A DNA stretch of 64,000 nt from Malacoraja senta (Eukaryota), in the NCBI GenBank assembly GCA_038087875.1, contig CM075993.1, positions 3,412,001 through 3,476,000 on the forward strand, given 5' to 3'. The position numbers were made by a program, and so were the translations under genes. The notes beneath the pieces were generated by a model. It saw only the letters and a list, made by a program, of their open reading frames with translations, made no database searches and was not told where the DNA came from. Shown in pieces: positions 1 through 60,495 of the stretch (the first letter of the stretch is position 1; the number at the start of each line of letters is the position of its first letter).

Positions 1-1087
1 TGAACAAAATACTGTGTGTGGTATGTACCTTTGTTAGGTTCCTAATCATGGGCTCAACAAATTGATATGTTATTTGTGTCTCCTTCATGACCCCTAGCAA
101 AGCCCCAAACGACCCCCATAGGGGGGGTCACAACCCCCCAGGTTAAGAACCACTACTGTAGATGGACACAAAGTGCTGGGGTAACTCAGCGGGTCATAAG
201 TCATAACATCATAAGCGATAGGAGTAGAATTAGGTCATTCGGCCCATCAGGTCTACTCTGCCATTCAATCATGGCTGGTCTATCTTCTTGAGGAGAAGAA
301 GGAGAAGACCCTTCTTGAAGAAGGAGAAGACCTCGACCCGAAACGTCACCCATTCCTTCTCTCCAGAGATACGGCCCGTCCCGCTGAGTTGCTCCAGCAT
401 TTTGTGCCTACCTGTGACCCATTGTTGGCTGGGGAAGGAGGATACAAGGATGTGAACAGTGGAACTGGTAGGATGACTAGGGTGGGGGAGAGAGGGTGGG
501 GAATGCAGGATAGTCCGTGTGAATATTGGTGTCTCATTGTGCGGGGAATCTACACAACTCACCTCGGTGAGGCTCTGTATTCAGCAGCCACACGGCGAGG
601 GCTACATTAGTATTGCAAACTTATTAAAGGAGCACTGAAAGTCCAGAGACAATGAGCGACTTGTCTATCGCCAGCGATGTACTGTAACTCAACCCCTCTG
701 TCCTACTTTTCTCGAGGAAACTGAGCCCTTGGTGACTACTTTCAGCTAAACTATGGTTCAATTTATCCGACGGAAGAATGCTCGCACATTCCCTTCCAAA
801 TTCTCTGCTTCTGTTGCTATGGAAGCAAGATTTTTTTTATTTAAAAAAAATTAATTCAATCAGAATAGTTGTTTGCCTGCAAGTGGAGTGCGGAGCTCTC
901 AACATTGGCCCATTTCCTTTATCATCGTTTTTTTTTCCACATCTTCCATTCATTAATCGTTACCTCTCTCCATCATCATCTATATCTCTCGTTTCCCTTT
1001 CCCCTGACTTTCAGTCTGAAGGAGGGTCTCGACCCGATACGCCACCCATTTCTTCTCTCCAGAGATGCTGCCTGTCCCGCTGAGTTA

Positions 1088-1477
1088 TGGCCCTGTCCCA
1101 CTTAGGAGACCTAAACGGCAAACTCTGGTGACCTTGCCCGCCACCCAAAAAAAAATCAAGGTGGAGGTGACCTGCAACCTCCTACCACCTCCCACGCATT
1201 TGTTGAAAACCTTCCTCGACTATGAAGAAAACCGGCTTCGACTAGACCCGCGACTAAAAAATGATCGATTTTTAAAACGGCAACCTATTTTTAGTCGAGG
1301 CCGGTTATAATCACGATGAAAAAATAGCAGCAACCGAGATGAAGCCTCGACCACGCGGAAACCATTTTCGACCATTAGGGAGAGTGATCAAAACCTCCTG
1401 TGACCTCATGGAAACCTTGGGTGGCTGGCAAGGTCACCAGAGGTTGCTGTTTAGGTCTCCTAAGTGGGACAGGGGCT
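1088..1477. mobile_element. MITE (PIF/Harbinger-like), inserted in a Penelope-derived repeat
   Basis: TIR ggccctgtcccacttaggagacctaaac / gtttaggtctcctaagtgggacagggg; TWA flanks. Confidence 0.8.
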
Positions 1478-1535
1478 TAACTCCAGCATTTTGCATCTAG
1501 CTCCCATGAGACAGATCATTGTGCAACATGTTTAC

Positions 1536-49232
<47,697 letters not shown>

Positions 49233-49350
49233 CTAGGATATTTAGAAAGGTCATTAAGCAAAATTGTATTTCAATAAAAACTTCCACTAGCATTGCAGCT
49301 TAACCTTGGGACAAGTTCCACATTCCCACTGGCCCCCAGATAAAGACCTT

Positions 49351-49550
49351 NNNNNNNNNNNNNNNNNNNNNNNNNNNNNNNNNNNNNNNNNNNNNNNNNN
49401 NNNNNNNNNNNNNNNNNNNNNNNNNNNNNNNNNNNNNNNNNNNNNNNNNNNNNNNNNNNNNNNNNNNNNNNNNNNNNNNNNNNNNNNNNNNNNNNNNNNN
49501 NNNNNNNNNNNNNNNNNNNNNNNNNNNNNNNNNNNNNNNNNNNNNNNNNN
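49351..49550. other. Assembly gap (200 N)
   Basis: Run of 200 n. Confidence 0.99.
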
Positions 49551-51684
49551 TGTTCTATATTTTCATCCAATGCAAATGCCTAGCTATTGATTTGAATGCA
49601 AGAAGCATCCGAGATCTTTGTGCTACCACTGCTCTCGTTTCCGCTATTTCCATATAAAATAGCTTAATTTGAATGCTGGTGTTATGTTGACTGAGCAACC
49701 TCTGCAGCACAGCCAGGAGAAAAGTTTGTGCTTTGCTGCTAGATTCTGTGATGAATTTGTGTGATCTAAGAGCCGACTGGCAAATCAATGGGATTTGGAG
49801 GCGTGGAAACGAGTGGGGAAGTGGCACTGAGGCCAAATTCAGATGAGCCTTGGTTTTACTGATCGATAGTGCATGTTGAATGGTCTAATCCTCTATGTTC
49901 TTAAAACAACATCTGAATTATGCATTCCCACATAGTTTTCGTCGGTTTCTTCCAAGTCCCAAAGACATGCGGATTTGTATGTTTATTAGCCTCCAAATTG
50001 CCTATAGTGTGTAGAGGGTGGGTGAGAAAGTGGGTTAACATCGAACTAGTGTGAATTGATGGTCAGACGGGCCTCGATGGGCCGAAGGACCTGCTTCAAT
50101 GCTGTGTCTCTAAAACTACACAAGCTTCCATTCTCTGACCCATGGAAGCATTCCTGGTATAAAATGTATGAGGTCAACCCAGTCTATTCAGACTTTTCAG
50201 TGAAATACTCTGTGGTGTGTGGAAATGCTTTTTGGTAAGGTGGAGGAATTAAATTAATATTTGTCAGGATAAAACTCTCCTGTTGAATATGGTCGTTTCC
50301 ATGTTGTCTCAAGCCGATGTTCTCCTCAATTTAAGACTTTGATTAACTAATTGATGTTTCAATGACATAATCTTTGTACAGTGAGAATTAGTTCAACTGT
50401 TTGGTGCCGAAAGTAATTATTTCTGTTCCATTTCAGTGCTAAATGTGCTTAAAATGTACAGAGCTTTTCAATGTAAATATTCTATGGACAGGTTTTGTGG
50501 ACATTGCATTATATCAAACAGGATGGGCGGCGCAGTAGTTAAGCGGTAGAGTTGCTGCCTTACGCGCCAAGACCCGGGTTTGATTGGATTACGGGTGCTG
50601 TCTGTACTGAGTTTATACATTCTCTCTGTGGCTGCGTGGGTTTTCTCCGGGTGCTCCAGTTTCATCCCACGTTCCAAAATCGTGCGGGCTTGTAGGTTAA
50701 TTGATTTCTGTAAATTGACCTTAGTATGTAGGATGTGAAACATAGAACTAGTGTACAGAGGAGATCATTAGTTGGCGCTGACTCGGTGGGCCGTCGGGCC
50801 TATTTCGGCTTTGTATCTCTGAATTAAACTCAACAGGACAGACTTGCTAGATTTATCCCATGTTTCAAATATCATATCTACACAGGTTAGTTCATTATAA
50901 TTATTCTAAAAATTAGCTCCATCAGGCTTCTGAATTTGAATTTACAAAATTCAAAGGTGAAAAATCCTGTTTGCTGCAGTTCACAACAAGTCTCAATCTC
51001 ATAGTTATATGCGTACCAGCTGGTTGTCTTGTGTCTGTGCTTGTGTGCAGCATCAGCATGGTTGACTGGAAACTGCCATGTAGACCAAATGTGTATGAAA
51101 GCACAGAGGTAGGGATGTACAGTGGAATTATGTCCTGGCCAAAGATGCCCCTTCACAATGAATAATACCAACATTCTCTGCCTGAAGAAATGTTTCAATT
51201 AGCAAATTTTGCATTGGATGCTGGAAACTCCTTTGTTTCTCAACATTTGTTGACACATCGCAAACACTAGAGCTCCCAGCACAGATCTGTGGAACTCTGT
51301 TCATCACCAGTGTCCAGCATGAATATTGTCCTTCCACCACCACAACCCTCTGTCTTCTATCAGTGAGCCAGTTCTGAATCCAATGACTTTACTTAATCCC
51401 GTGCATCTTAATCTTCTGGGTCAGCCTACCATGGGGAACTTTATCAAATGCGTTACTAAAATCCATGCAGACAGCATTCACCACTCTACCCTCATTGATC
51501 GCATTCACCACCTCCCCCAAAATAATGATCAAGAAAGTAAGAGACGACCTGCTGTGTACAATGCCAATACGATTGCTTTGTACACATTGATATCTTTTGA
51601 GATTTATGTTGGTGTTAATTAGAATACGAAGTTTAGATATGGCATTGAATACATTCTGCCGAAAATGGTGGTGTCTTGGTGAGT

Positions 51685-51892
51685 AGACAAAAATGCTGGA
51701 GAAACTCAGCGGGTGAGGCAGCATCTATGGAGCGAAGGAAATAGGCAACGTTTCGGGCCATAACCCCGAAGGGTTTCGGCCCGAAACAGTGCCTATTTCC
51801 TTCGCTCCATAGATGCTGCCTCACCCGCTGAGTTTCTCCAGCATTGTTGTCTACCTTCGATTTTCCAGCATCTGCAGTTCCTTCTTAAACAA
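51685..51892. mobile_element. Penelope-derived fold-back insertion
   Basis: Inverted arms meet at hammerhead stem II; direct repeat GT(G/A)TCTTGGTGAGT at 51671 and 51893. Confidence 0.78.
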
Positions 51893-54104
51893 GTATCTTG
51901 GTGAGTGTTTGTTTTTGTATTAGATTTTATTGGTTGATTATTCACTGAATTATGATTTCATGTTCAGCTGAGTTTGCAGTAAAATCAATAGAATAACCAT
52001 TTAAATGGTTTGGTGAAATGAATGAATCGTTGAAACTGCTCCCAGTAGAAAGCATTATTTCCATGAAATGCCTGTGCGCCAATGTACTTCATTTAAAGTA
52101 TTTCAACATGCACAAAATTGTACCATATTCTTTTTAATAATGCTGTTGGGTTAGTCTCATTCTTTCCCACCCTGCCTCTATGTTGTGCGCAATCTGAATA
52201 TGTTGAATGTTAAAGAGCGCAATTTTGCGTTTGGCCTATTCTCGGATATAACCCCAGACATCCAACAGATATGCTGTCAAGCTGATTGAGCAGTGAACTT
52301 TAATTTACAAATATCCTGCCCAACTAAAGCACTAACTTTAATTCATATTGTGATCATATTGATAATCTACCATGGATTGATAAATTGTCATGATAACACT
52401 CAAATAGTTGCATAGGTATTGATTTTAACTCTCTCCCTGCAGAACTAGCCAAGGGCCGTTTGAAATAAACTTCAGGCAATAGCCAAAATCATCTACTTGC
52501 ACCTCAGTAACATTGCCCGACTCGCTCCTGCCTCTCTCTACATCTGCTGAAAGCTTCTGTAATTTCTAGCTTTTTGCAGCAGTTTCATTGCTTTGTGAAC
52601 TAGCACTACCTTTGAGATTTGTGCTGCGGCATCAATTCTCAATGCTGCCTGTAATTCCGGGCATCTTTTGTAGTCTTCTTGCAGTCAAGCCAAAGTGCTT
52701 AAACTTTCAAATTTTCTGAATGTCCTGAAAACCCCCAGCATATGTTATGCAGCTGAGGACATTTTGCATTGTGCATTGAATTGCAACTAGCAAACTATTG
52801 CTCACCAAAATTGCAATTTGCTTAATTTTTAATTTAAATTGTCCTTGTGTTCCATTTTTGCATACTTGAATAGTTGCGGTTAATTTAAGAAAAAGCTTAC
52901 TGCTTATTTGACAATAATATATAAGCATTGGGTGCCTGGGATTCCTTTTGACCTGGAGTCTGTTAGCAGCAACTACCACAAAAGTTTACCTTACAGAGAT
53001 GGCTCAATGTCTCAAGTTTTCTTCAAGATCAATACAATACAATAATAGTTTATTAGCCAAGTATGTTTTACAACATACGAGGAATTTCATTTGCCAAGTC
53101 AGTCATCATACAAATAAAAAGTGACAGAACACACAAAATACATTTTAACATAAACATCCACCACAGTGACTCCTCCACATTCCTCACTGTGATGGAAGGC
53201 AAAAAAAAAGTTCAATCTCTTCTTTGTTCTCCCGCGTTCAGCGGCCTTGAGCCTTCTGTTGATGGGCGATCATACTCCCATAGCTGGCGGTCGGGGCGAT
53301 CAGCTCCTGCATCTGGGGGGGATATCAGCTTCCCCGCGTCGGCGATCGGACCCCGGGTCGGGCTGGTCAAACCTTCTGCGTCGTTGGAGCTCCCGACTCT
53401 GTCTCTCTGAGACTGCGAGCCCTTGATGTTAAAGTCGGTTGGAGCATCATCCCAGGCAAGGAATCGGCTCCGATGGCAAATTCATCAGCAGCTAACTTAC
53501 TTTGCACTAATATATCCTTATGTGCTGTGACATCAAATCCTCCATGTTAAGTTTGGGATGTATTATGTTAAAGGTGTTAGTGTGACGGCAAGTTAGATTG
53601 TCTGAAAGACTCGCGTGGGAACAGCCCTTCGGCTTGCCGAGTCCTTCCTGATGCGTGATTGCCAATTCGCATTAGTTCTATGTTATCTCAATTTCTCATC
53701 CACTCCCTACACTCGGGGCAATTTACAGATGCCCATTAACCTACAAACACTTGCATCTCTAAGATGTGTGGGGGGGGGGGGAACTGGAACACCTGGTGGA
53801 ATTCCAAGCAGTCACAGGGAGAACATGTAAACTCCACGCAGACAGCACCCAAAGTCGGGATCGAACCTGGCTCTGTGAGGCAGCAGCTCTACCAGCTGCG
53901 CCAATGTACCGCTCAGAGAATATTTCAGTAATATGAAAGGGAAAAGTGCAATACTTGGAAAGGTGTTGCCTTTTCATTCGGTATGTTAAATCTAATTTTC
54001 TTTGAGATGGCTGTATAATTTTTTTTTTTCGTATCCTGTTGATCAACGTGTCTCCCAATTTGCAGCAGTATTTATTAGGCTGTTCGTCTCAAGGTTTTAA
54101 GTAC

Positions 54105-54600
54105 AGGTTTAGTTTAGAGATACAGCGCGGAAACAGGTCCTTCAGCCCACCGAGTCCTACCGACCAGTGATCCACGCACATTAGCACTATCCTACACACA
54201 CTAGGGACAAATTACACATACACCAAGCTAATTAACCTACAAACCTGTAGGTTTATGAAGTGTGGGGAGGAAACCGAAGATCTCGGAGAAAACCCACGCA
54301 GGTCACGGGGAGAACGTACAAACTCCGTACAGACAGCACCCGTAGTCTGTCCTGGGTCGAATCCGGGTCTCCGGCGCTGTAAAGGGCCTGTCCCACTTGG
54401 GCGTCATTTGCGCATCACGCGAAGATTTTGTTAACCCCAAAATCCTAGGGCGCCGCGCGACACTGCTATGTCACCACGTCTCACCACGCGTCACGACGTG
54501 CGCGTGACGCGTAAATGATGTCGCGTAAATGACGCGCAAAGAACGCCCAAGTGGAACAGGCCCTTAAGGCAGCAACTCTACCGCTGCGCTACAGTGACCG
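54105..54600 (-). mobile_element. V-SINE carrying a MITE
   Basis: SINE consensus split by the 54383-54564 MITE. Confidence 0.82.
54383..54564. mobile_element. MITE inserted in a V-SINE head
   Basis: TIR agggcctgtcccacttgggcgt; exact TAA duplication in gcgctgTAAggcagc. Confidence 0.88.
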
Positions 54601-56773
54601 TGGTTGGTTTCATCATTTTAGAGATTGCTCGGTTTAGCAGTGCATGCTTGAAATTGGAATTGTTTTGCAGAACCTTTGTGCATAGTTCAGTTATCAATTT
54701 ATTGTTAATGAGAGAGTGAGCGTTGTGTAAAATGAGTTCAAACTCCAATTTGAGATTAATGCAGATCACGGTTGTACAAGGAGTTCTACATTAACCTGAA
54801 AAGCAATGTAACAACTGCCAATTTGTAATACATTTCCTGCAGCTGCATTCCATGAGGTTATAATCAAAATTACAGATTACAATTTATGACATAAATTGTA
54901 ATAAATGACATAATTTGTAATCTTGATTATAACCTCGTGGAATTTTCAATTGCTTCCCTGCACACACATTTTCTACATGATTAAAATTTAACTCCACTGC
55001 ATTTTCAGAGATTTAAAAATAGAAAATAATTTGGTGTTTGGACAACATGGTTAGCAGGCACTTTTTAAACAAATCTTCATATCGAGTTTAAGAGCTCTTC
55101 TGAGCAATGCCCAATTATTGCACATTAACCGTCAGCTAAAAATGTAGATGATTCTTTGTACAAATCTAGATTTTTTTTCTTTTATTGTGTACATACGGGT
55201 GATTATCTGTAATGACTGTCTCCTATATGTGAAATTTAATAATAAAAATGGAATGAATTGACATCTTAATGAAACAAAATCAAATGCAGTTCATTACCAA
55301 GTTTCCATAAATTTCCATAAATCTACATTCAAAATTATCCCTTTAATGAACAGCTTTATTCGGGTTTTTTACTTTTAACCTATTGAAGACCATTAGAATC
55401 ATAGAATTGTAAAGCATGGAAATGGGTCATTTGGCCTAACTAGTCCACACTGACCCTAGACACTCTTCCATATTAACCCGACTGCCCATCACTTGGTCTT
55501 TACCTGTGTATGCTGGAGCAGTTCAAGGATTCATCCAGATGCTTAAAAGCTGTCAATGACCAAACTTCAACCACTCTCTCAGGCTTTGCATTCCAATGCT
55601 TGCCACTTTCTGGATGAAACCTTCATTTTATCTCTCCTTGCCTCTTTCATCTAATCTCCATTGAATCTCTTGCCACTTTCCCCAAGTACTCCTGTTTTAT
55701 CTACGTCTGGGAAGATTTCCATGCAGTCTACCCCTTGTAATTTTATATACGTCAACCATGTCCCATCTTAGGTGCCTCTGCTCCTGAGAATAGACCTGGC
55801 TTCTGTAATTGCTGCATCCCAGGCAACATCCTAGCGAATCTGCATAGGTTATATGTATAAATCTTCCTGACCAGAACTGTACACAGTACTCGAGATGTAC
55901 GTTAATTTTCTTTTCAAGCATCTCCTAGACTTTTGTCAGCCCTCTCCCATCACAGCTCTCGATACTGTCATTTAAAAAAACGATTTATCTAATCCATGAC
56001 ATCCAGTGTTCTCTATACATGTTATCCGTGGCTTTTGTCCCAATGGGAACATGTTGGCATTGAACTCTTGAGATTTCTCTCTGACTGCTTTCCACTGTGC
56101 AGATGTAGACGTACTTGCCAAAGCCTTATGTTAATGAAATTGGCTTTGGGCCAATTCAAAAATTAATTGCTGGTCTATCCCTATCTTATTCTACGATCTG
56201 CAAAATGTTCCCCTACTGATTCCCCCTTCATCTGACGCTACATTCCCCAAGGTGAGATCCAGTAACGCTCCATCTCTTGTTGGTCTTTCCTATATTATGT
56301 CAAAAAGGCTGTCTGGATGCATCTCAAAAATCCTGCCGTAGAATGGGGTTAGGAGGGAGAGATAGATCAGAAATGATTGAATGGCGGAGTAGACTTGATG
56401 ACTGAATGGCCGAATTCTGCTCCTATCACATGACCTTATTACAACATTTGAGGACCTGCTTATAAAACAGCTACATAAACATGTGTCGTAGAACCTGGTG
56501 GCTTCTACCTATGTCATTGGTAGTTGCATGTTTCAAGATCACTGGGTCTTCACCTTTCAGAATGTCCTACAGTTGCTTTGAGATATCGAGATGCTAGTGC
56601 AGAGAGAGCAACAGAGCAATGTGGAGTCTCCTTTACGGTCACAGAAAACCCGTAGCTTGCCCCATTGTGGCAGAATTCCTGGTTCTCCAAGTCTTATTTC
56701 TTCTCCACAGCGTTCAAGGTACCTTGAACTAGACTGAGTTGTTTGCCCATGGGAGGCCAACTTGGTGTTAGCA

Positions 56774-57242
56774 GGCGGCACGGTGGCACAGGGTAGTAGA
56801 GTTGCTGCCTTAAGGGCCTGTCCCACTTGGGCGTCATTTACGCTACATCATTTACGCGTCACGACGCGTGCGTGGTGACGTAGGAGTGACGACGGTCGCG
56901 CGCGGCACGCCAGGATTTTGGGATGTACAAAATCTTTACGCGTGATGCGCAAATAACGCCTAAGTGGGAAGGCCCTTTGCAACGCCGGAGACTCGGGTCT
57001 CCATCCTGACTACGGCTTCAGTCTGTTACTGAGTTTGTACGTTCTCCCCGTGACCTGCGTGGGTTTTCTCCGAGATCTTCGGTTTCCTCCCACTCCCAGA
57101 GACGTGCAAGTTTGTAGGTTAACTGGCTAGTGTGTGTCTCTAGTGTGTATAGGATAGTGTTAATGTGCGGGGATCACTGGTTGGTGCGGATTCGGTGGGC
57201 CGAAGGGACTGTTTCCGCACTGTATCTCTAAACTAAACTAAG
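56774..57242 (+). mobile_element. V-SINE carrying a MITE
   Basis: SINE consensus split by the 56813-56976 MITE. Confidence 0.82.
56813..56976. mobile_element. MITE inserted in a V-SINE head (same subfamily and site as 54383)
   Basis: TIR agggcctgtcccacttgggcgt; TTA/TTG flanks in gctgccTTAcagcg. Confidence 0.85.
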
Positions 57243-58049
57243 CCATTGCCCCACCTCCTCTTCTTTCCCCCCCCACCCCCCCACCCCCCCCCCCCAAATA
57301 GGTGTCCACCACAGTATACGATATTGAGGTGAATGTTACGGGACTCCTGCACTACTTGACTCTCTAACTTGTCCTCGCTCGCCTTCCTTCTCCTGCAGTA
57401 ACTAGCTCACTAGGCATAACATCTGCCACATCTTATGCATCCTAGATGCTCCAAAGCATGCACAGTTCCAACTGCTGCAGGCCGCATGCCAGCAGCTGCA
57501 GCTGGACTCGTCCTGCAGGTGCAGTCATCGGGGACATTGGAATTATCCCCAATCTCGCACATCCTGTAGGAGGAGCATACATCACTGCCCGAGTGCCTCT
57601 ACTGAAATGTATCTCGGATTATTTCTCTTGTGGATACTCTGAGAATCTTCATCTCTGGGGTAACTTCATCTCTGGGGTAAAAGTGTGATCTATACAAGCA
57701 ACCATCTGTGTTGCATGGAGTACTTGCATGAGGATGAGAATTTTGCATTGATGCTGGGTTTACATTGGTACCATGATTTGAAGGAATAAACCTTTAAGCC
57801 ACGTTGGTCTTGTATTGCGATACCATAGATCTTTATTTATCCCAGGAGGGAAATTGATCTGCCAACAGTCATAAAACACAAGCTACATGAAAAATTAAAT
57901 TAAAGTGCTGAGCGGAAAGGAATGGGGATGTGCAAAGATTTGGGGGGAGGTGGGGTGGGTCAATCTGCCCCACGACAGAAGGGAGGGGGAGTTTCTTGGC
58001 TTCTTGGTCCTCCAAAATATTCCAAATGGAATTTAAACTGGAGGTGGTG

Positions 58050-58320
58050 GAGGGAGGACTTAAGCCAGAAAGGGTTTTTGGAAAGAAAGAGCTACCTTAA
58101 ATTTAGTTGCATCTGGTTGGGTAACTAAAGTAGGGTGAAGATTATTCCATGCTTTAATTGTGTGGGGGAAGAATGAATTGCTGTACACATCTGTCTTGGC
58201 AGCTGGAATCACAAATTGGATCGAATGCCCTCGTCTGCTCCTAGTTGGTTTGGATTTGGTGTTGGTCTTGTAATCTATGTCGAGCTGACCATTTAACATT
58301 TTGTAAACACAGGTCAAACG
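58050..58320 (-). mobile_element. Non-LTR ORF2 C-terminus (CR1/L2 group)
   Basis: YKMLNG...TRSRRGH....TDVYSNSFFPHTIKAWNNL. Confidence 0.7.
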
Positions 58321-59699
58321 GTGAGCTTCACGTCTGTCTTGGAGAGGGTTCCACCCCAGAGAATACAGAAGTTTGGTAGCACTCGCTTCTCTCTAATAGG
58401 TGTTAGTAACAAATCGAGCTGCCTGTCTTTGGACACGTTCGATGGAAGTTGTACAGTTTGATAGCCAAAGGGAAAAATGATCTCCTGTGACGATCTGTGC
58501 TGCATCTTGGTGTAACCAGTCTGTTGCTGAAGACACTCCTCATGTGTCATGGAGGGGGTGAGCTGTATTGTCCAAGATGCTCCGCGGGTTGAGGAGCATC
58601 CTCACCTCCCGTGAATCCAACTCTGCCCCCAGTGCGGACCAGCCTTCCTGATGAGCTTGGTCTTGCTATGTAGATTGTCCAAGGGGGAATGCCCAGGTTC
58701 ACATTTTCCCTGCTTGCCAAGTAATATTGCTAGAAAGGACTATTAGGGGAGATTAAGTTATAAATGATTCAACTGTGGCAATATGTTCACTGTTGTTTGG
58801 ATTGTGACAGACGAGTATCTTCCACAATTACACAAAGGTGGCAGCATTTGTTCTGCATTTACTTCTTGGAGAGAAAGCAGGGTATGATAGAAATCTTGGA
58901 CAGAATGTTGCTGCTGCTTCGGCACCAGTTTGCTACTTGTTTAAGTATTGTAGCACAGTCCCTCATTTTTCACCTGAGGCAACACTAATGTATGGACACA
59001 GTTACAAAAATCCAGCTTTTATAATAAAGGAAGTCGATCTACTTTTGTTCTAAGGTTTGCTTGGAAGCATAATAATAAAAAACGGCTTAATATTTGCAGA
59101 CCTAAAGTCTGATTCTTAAAATGATCATAAATGGGCTTGTGGCCAAGATTTTGTTGCGGGAACAAAAATAATGAACTGCATGTATCTTTTTAATGCAGCT
59201 CTAATTGTGTTAAATTAACACCCATGAGCATTGACCCAAACATTGGCAATAATGTCCTCACTTGAAAAATGCATTTGAGGCTTTCATTTCATATTGTGAG
59301 GAGTTTAAGGGTTTGATCATGAAACTAGTAGAAGGTATAAAATTACTCAATCTGAACATTGTGTAGAAAAAATGGAATATCACTGGTTGCATCTTGCTTG
59401 TTGCTTTTAGTTTGAGCCCTGGGGTGTTGTGGTTGTGAAATTGCCAGGCGAGTAAGATTGAGCTAATAATGCTGTGATGAGAGTCGAAATACCATCGTGG
59501 CAGCAGTGGAATTTAAATTTATTTAACCTGGATTATAAACTCTCAAGCAGTTAGCAATGGGCATCGAATGCTGACCTTCCCACTTGCATTTCTCCTTATT
59601 CTGAGGATATTGCTTCCTATAGTTCATCACTCCCATGTTGCTCACTTTTAACTGTGTATAATGGTTAAATTGATTTAAAATGACTATACTCAATTATCC

Positions 59700-60495
59700 A
59701 AAGTTATCCACTTTTGCAGCAAGAACAGGAAGGCAGATTATTATCTGAATGGTGTCAGATTAGGAAAAGGGGAGGTGCAACGAGACCTGGGTGTCCTTGT
59801 ACATCAGTCACTGAAAGTAAGCATGCAGGTACAGCAGGCAGTGAAGAAAGCAATTGGCATGTTGGCCTTCATAGCGAGAGGATTTGAGTATAGGAGCAAG
59901 GAGGTCTTACCTGCAGTTGTACAGGGCCCTGGTGAGACCACACCTGGAGTATTGTGTATGGTTTTGGTCTCCTAATTTAAGGAAGGACATTCTTGCTATG
60001 GAGGGAGTGCAGCGCAGGTTCACCAGATTAATTCCTCGGATGGCGGGACTGACATATGATGAAAGAATGGATCGACTGGGCTTATATTCACTGGAATTTA
60101 GAAGGATGAGAGGGAACCTTATAGAAACATATAATTCTTAAGGGATTGGACGGGCTAGATGCAGGAAATTTTTTCTTGATGTTGGGGGAGTCCAGAACCA
60201 GGGGTCACAGTTTAAGAATATGTGGTAGGCCATTCATGTGACTGCAATGAGGAAAAATGTTTTCACCCAGAGTTGTGAATCTGTGGAATTCTCTGCCACA
60301 GAAGGCAATGAAGGCCAATCCTCTGGATGTATTCAAAAGAGTTAGATATAGCTCTTAGGGCTAACTGAATCAAGGGCTATGGGGAGAAAGCAGGAACGGG
60401 GTGCTAATTTTGGATGATCAGCCACGACCATATTGAATGGTGGTGCTGGTTCGAAGAGCCGAATGGCCTACTGCACCTATTTTCTATGTCTGTTT
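59700..60495 (+). mobile_element. CR1 LINE 3' fragment (ORF2 C-terminus and 3' UTR), frameshifted
   Basis: QRDLGVLVHQSLK...RPHLEYCV.FWSP...EGVQRRFTRLIP...LEFRRMRG.LIETY; tail gccgaatggccta. Confidence 0.9.

Noticed and set aside
563..816. Possible next or terminal exon (acceptor ttccatag at 817, donor gtgagt at 562)
   Set aside because: In the required phase it gives only QQKQRIWKGMCEHSSVG then a stop, with no supporting similarity. It is plausible but unsupported, so it is not listed as a feature.
50971..51165. Plus-strand hydrophobic ORF with a possible donor
   Set aside because: No neighbouring phase-compatible exons and no recognisable motif.
59470..59600. Weak resemblance to an ancient Deu/Sac-type SINE
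   Set aside because: Too diverged to support by eye.
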